The notes beneath the pieces were generated by a model. The model did no database searches. It had not been told where the DNA came from and saw nothing but the letters and a program-made list of their open reading frames with translations. Both the position numbers and the translations under genes were made by a program. Below, one piece after another: positions 63,859 to 64,000 of a DNA stretch of 64,000 bases. This DNA is from Camelus ferus (Eukaryota): NCBI RefSeq assembly GCF_009834535.1, contig NC_045697.1, positions 37,140,001 through 37,204,000 of the forward strand, in the 5' to 3' direction. How positions within the stretch are numbered: position 1 is the first letter of the stretch; each line of letters starts with the position of its first letter.

Positions 63859-64000
63859 TACTAGGCGCTGAATGTTTGTGTCCCCTCAAAATCCCTATGT
63901 TGAATCCTAACCTCCAAAGTGATAGTATTTGGAGGCGTGGCTTTTAGTGTTTAGATCATGAGGGTGGAGCCCTTATGAATGGAATTAGTCCTGCTATTAG
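63859..64000 (+). mobile_element. MLT1A-like LTR, cut by window end
   Basis: ctgaatgtttgtgtcccctcaaaatccctatgttgaa...catgagggtggagccct. Confidence 0.85.

Noticed and set aside
292..63889. ORF-track ORFs as host genes
   Set aside because: All are 141 aa or shorter, many overlap repeats or microsatellites, and none gives a recognisable protein other than L1 ORF2 fragments
1..64000. CRISPR array, operon or other prokaryotic/viral system
   Set aside because: No regularly spaced repeat-spacer structure, no long ORFs and no ERV gag/pol/env; the sequence is typical mammalian repeat-rich non-coding DNA

Overview
Mammalian non-coding genomic DNA, most likely camelid (alpaca/llama/camel). That call rests on six tRNA-derived SINEs of the Vic-1 type and L1 3' ends of the camelid/artiodactyl type, recognised from memory. 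No intact host protein-coding gene, RNA gene or prokaryote-type system is supported. Apart from L1 ORF2 fragments, the ORF track looks like chance ORFs. Much of the window is interspersed repeat: L1, L2, MIR, MaLR/ERVL solo LTRs, one ERV1 MER41-like solo LTR, and hAT/Tigger MITEs, many with readable target-site duplications (TSDs). Between them lie unique blocks with enhancer or promoter-like motifs. The best leads are a MER41-like LTR retaining a STAT GAS motif, a small CpG island with an NRF1 site, a perfect RFX X-box, a twin-primed 5'-inverted L1, a nested L1 stack with an apparent 5'UTR-to-RT junction, and several candidate lncRNA or sORF exons. I did not find convincing evidence of a previously undescribed biological system. 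Repeat subfamily names are from recall of consensus sequences and need RepeatMasker/Dfam confirmation.
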